Assembly: GCA_964016885.1 (NCBI GenBank)
Contig: OZ024741.1
Span: 406,658,001 to 406,722,000 of the forward strand
DNA length: 64,000 bases
Source of the DNA: Eledone cirrhosa
Lineage: Eukaryota
Direction of reading: 5' to 3'
The stretch's first letter is position 1. Each line of letters begins with the position of its first letter. Shown here one piece after another: positions 63,401 through 64,000 of this stretch. The position numbers and the translations under genes were made by a program. The notes under the pieces were generated by a model. It was not told the DNA's origin and ran no database searches. It worked only from the letters and a program-made list of their open reading frames with translations.

Positions 63401-64000
63401 AGAATGGTAGACATGTTAGAACGTCTGATAGTATGGTAGAGTTGTTAGACGTCAGATAGAATGGTAGAGTGGTTAGAACGTCAGATAGAATGGTAGAGAT
63501 GTTAGAACGTCAGCTAGAATGGTAGAGTGGTTAGAAAGTCAGATAGAATAGTAGAGTGGGTAGAACGTCAGATAGAATGGTATAGTGGCTAGAACGTCAG
63601 ATAAAATAGTAGTGTGGTTAGAACGTCAGATAGAATTGTAAAGTGGTTAGAACGTCAGATAGAATTGGTAGAGGGGTTAAAACGTCAGATAGAATGACAG
63701 AGTGGTTAGAACGTCAGATAGAATGGTAGAGTGGTTAGAACGTCAGATAGAATGGCAGAGTGGTTAGAACGTCAAATAGAATGGTAGAGTGGTTAGAACG
63801 TGAGATAGAATGATAGAGTCGTTAGAATGTCAGGTAGAATGGTAGAGTGGTTAGAACATCAGATAGAATGGTAGAGTGGTTAGAACGTCATATAGAATGG
63901 TAGAGTGGCTAGAACGTCAGATAGAATGGTACAGTGGTTAGAACGTCATATGGAATGGTAGAGTGGTTAGAACGTCATATAGAATGGTAGAGTAGTTAGA
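54436..64000 (+). repeat. 29-bp satellite (TGGTAGAGTGGTTAGAACGTCAGATAGAA), >320 copies, with ~2.4-kb higher-order repeat
   Basis: Direct tandem array running off the window end. Confidence 0.97.

Noticed and set aside
54436-64000. Telomeric repeat
   Set aside because: Contains GGTTAG once per 29-mer but no (TTAGGG)n run.

Overview
Repeat-dominated animal genomic DNA, probably octopus or another cephalopod. This is inferred from the SINE sequences, the (GAT)n-tailed RTE LINE and the extreme microsatellite load. From left to right: two copies of a Tx1/L1-clade non-LTR retrotransposon, one with an intact 1145-aa EN-RT-CCHC ORF, both inside a (TATATC/TATGTC)n microsatellite. An AT-rich region (6.8-17.9 kb) holds many minimal type I hammerhead-ribozyme motifs and fold-backs typical of Penelope-like element termini. 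The window also has a decayed RTE LINE (+), a mariner-type MITE, a Penelope-like RT fragment, an internally deleted RTE LINE (-) and a cluster of tRNA-derived SINEs. One probable host gene encodes an 87-aa InaF-motif membrane protein (-). Tandem arrays include 47-bp and 51-bp minisatellites, a ~20 kb (GTT)nACT array with higher-order structure, and a >9.5 kb 29-bp satellite that appears to be an amplified SINE A-box. Nearly all long low-complexity ORFs in the track are repeat artefacts. All calls were made by eye, with no searches run.
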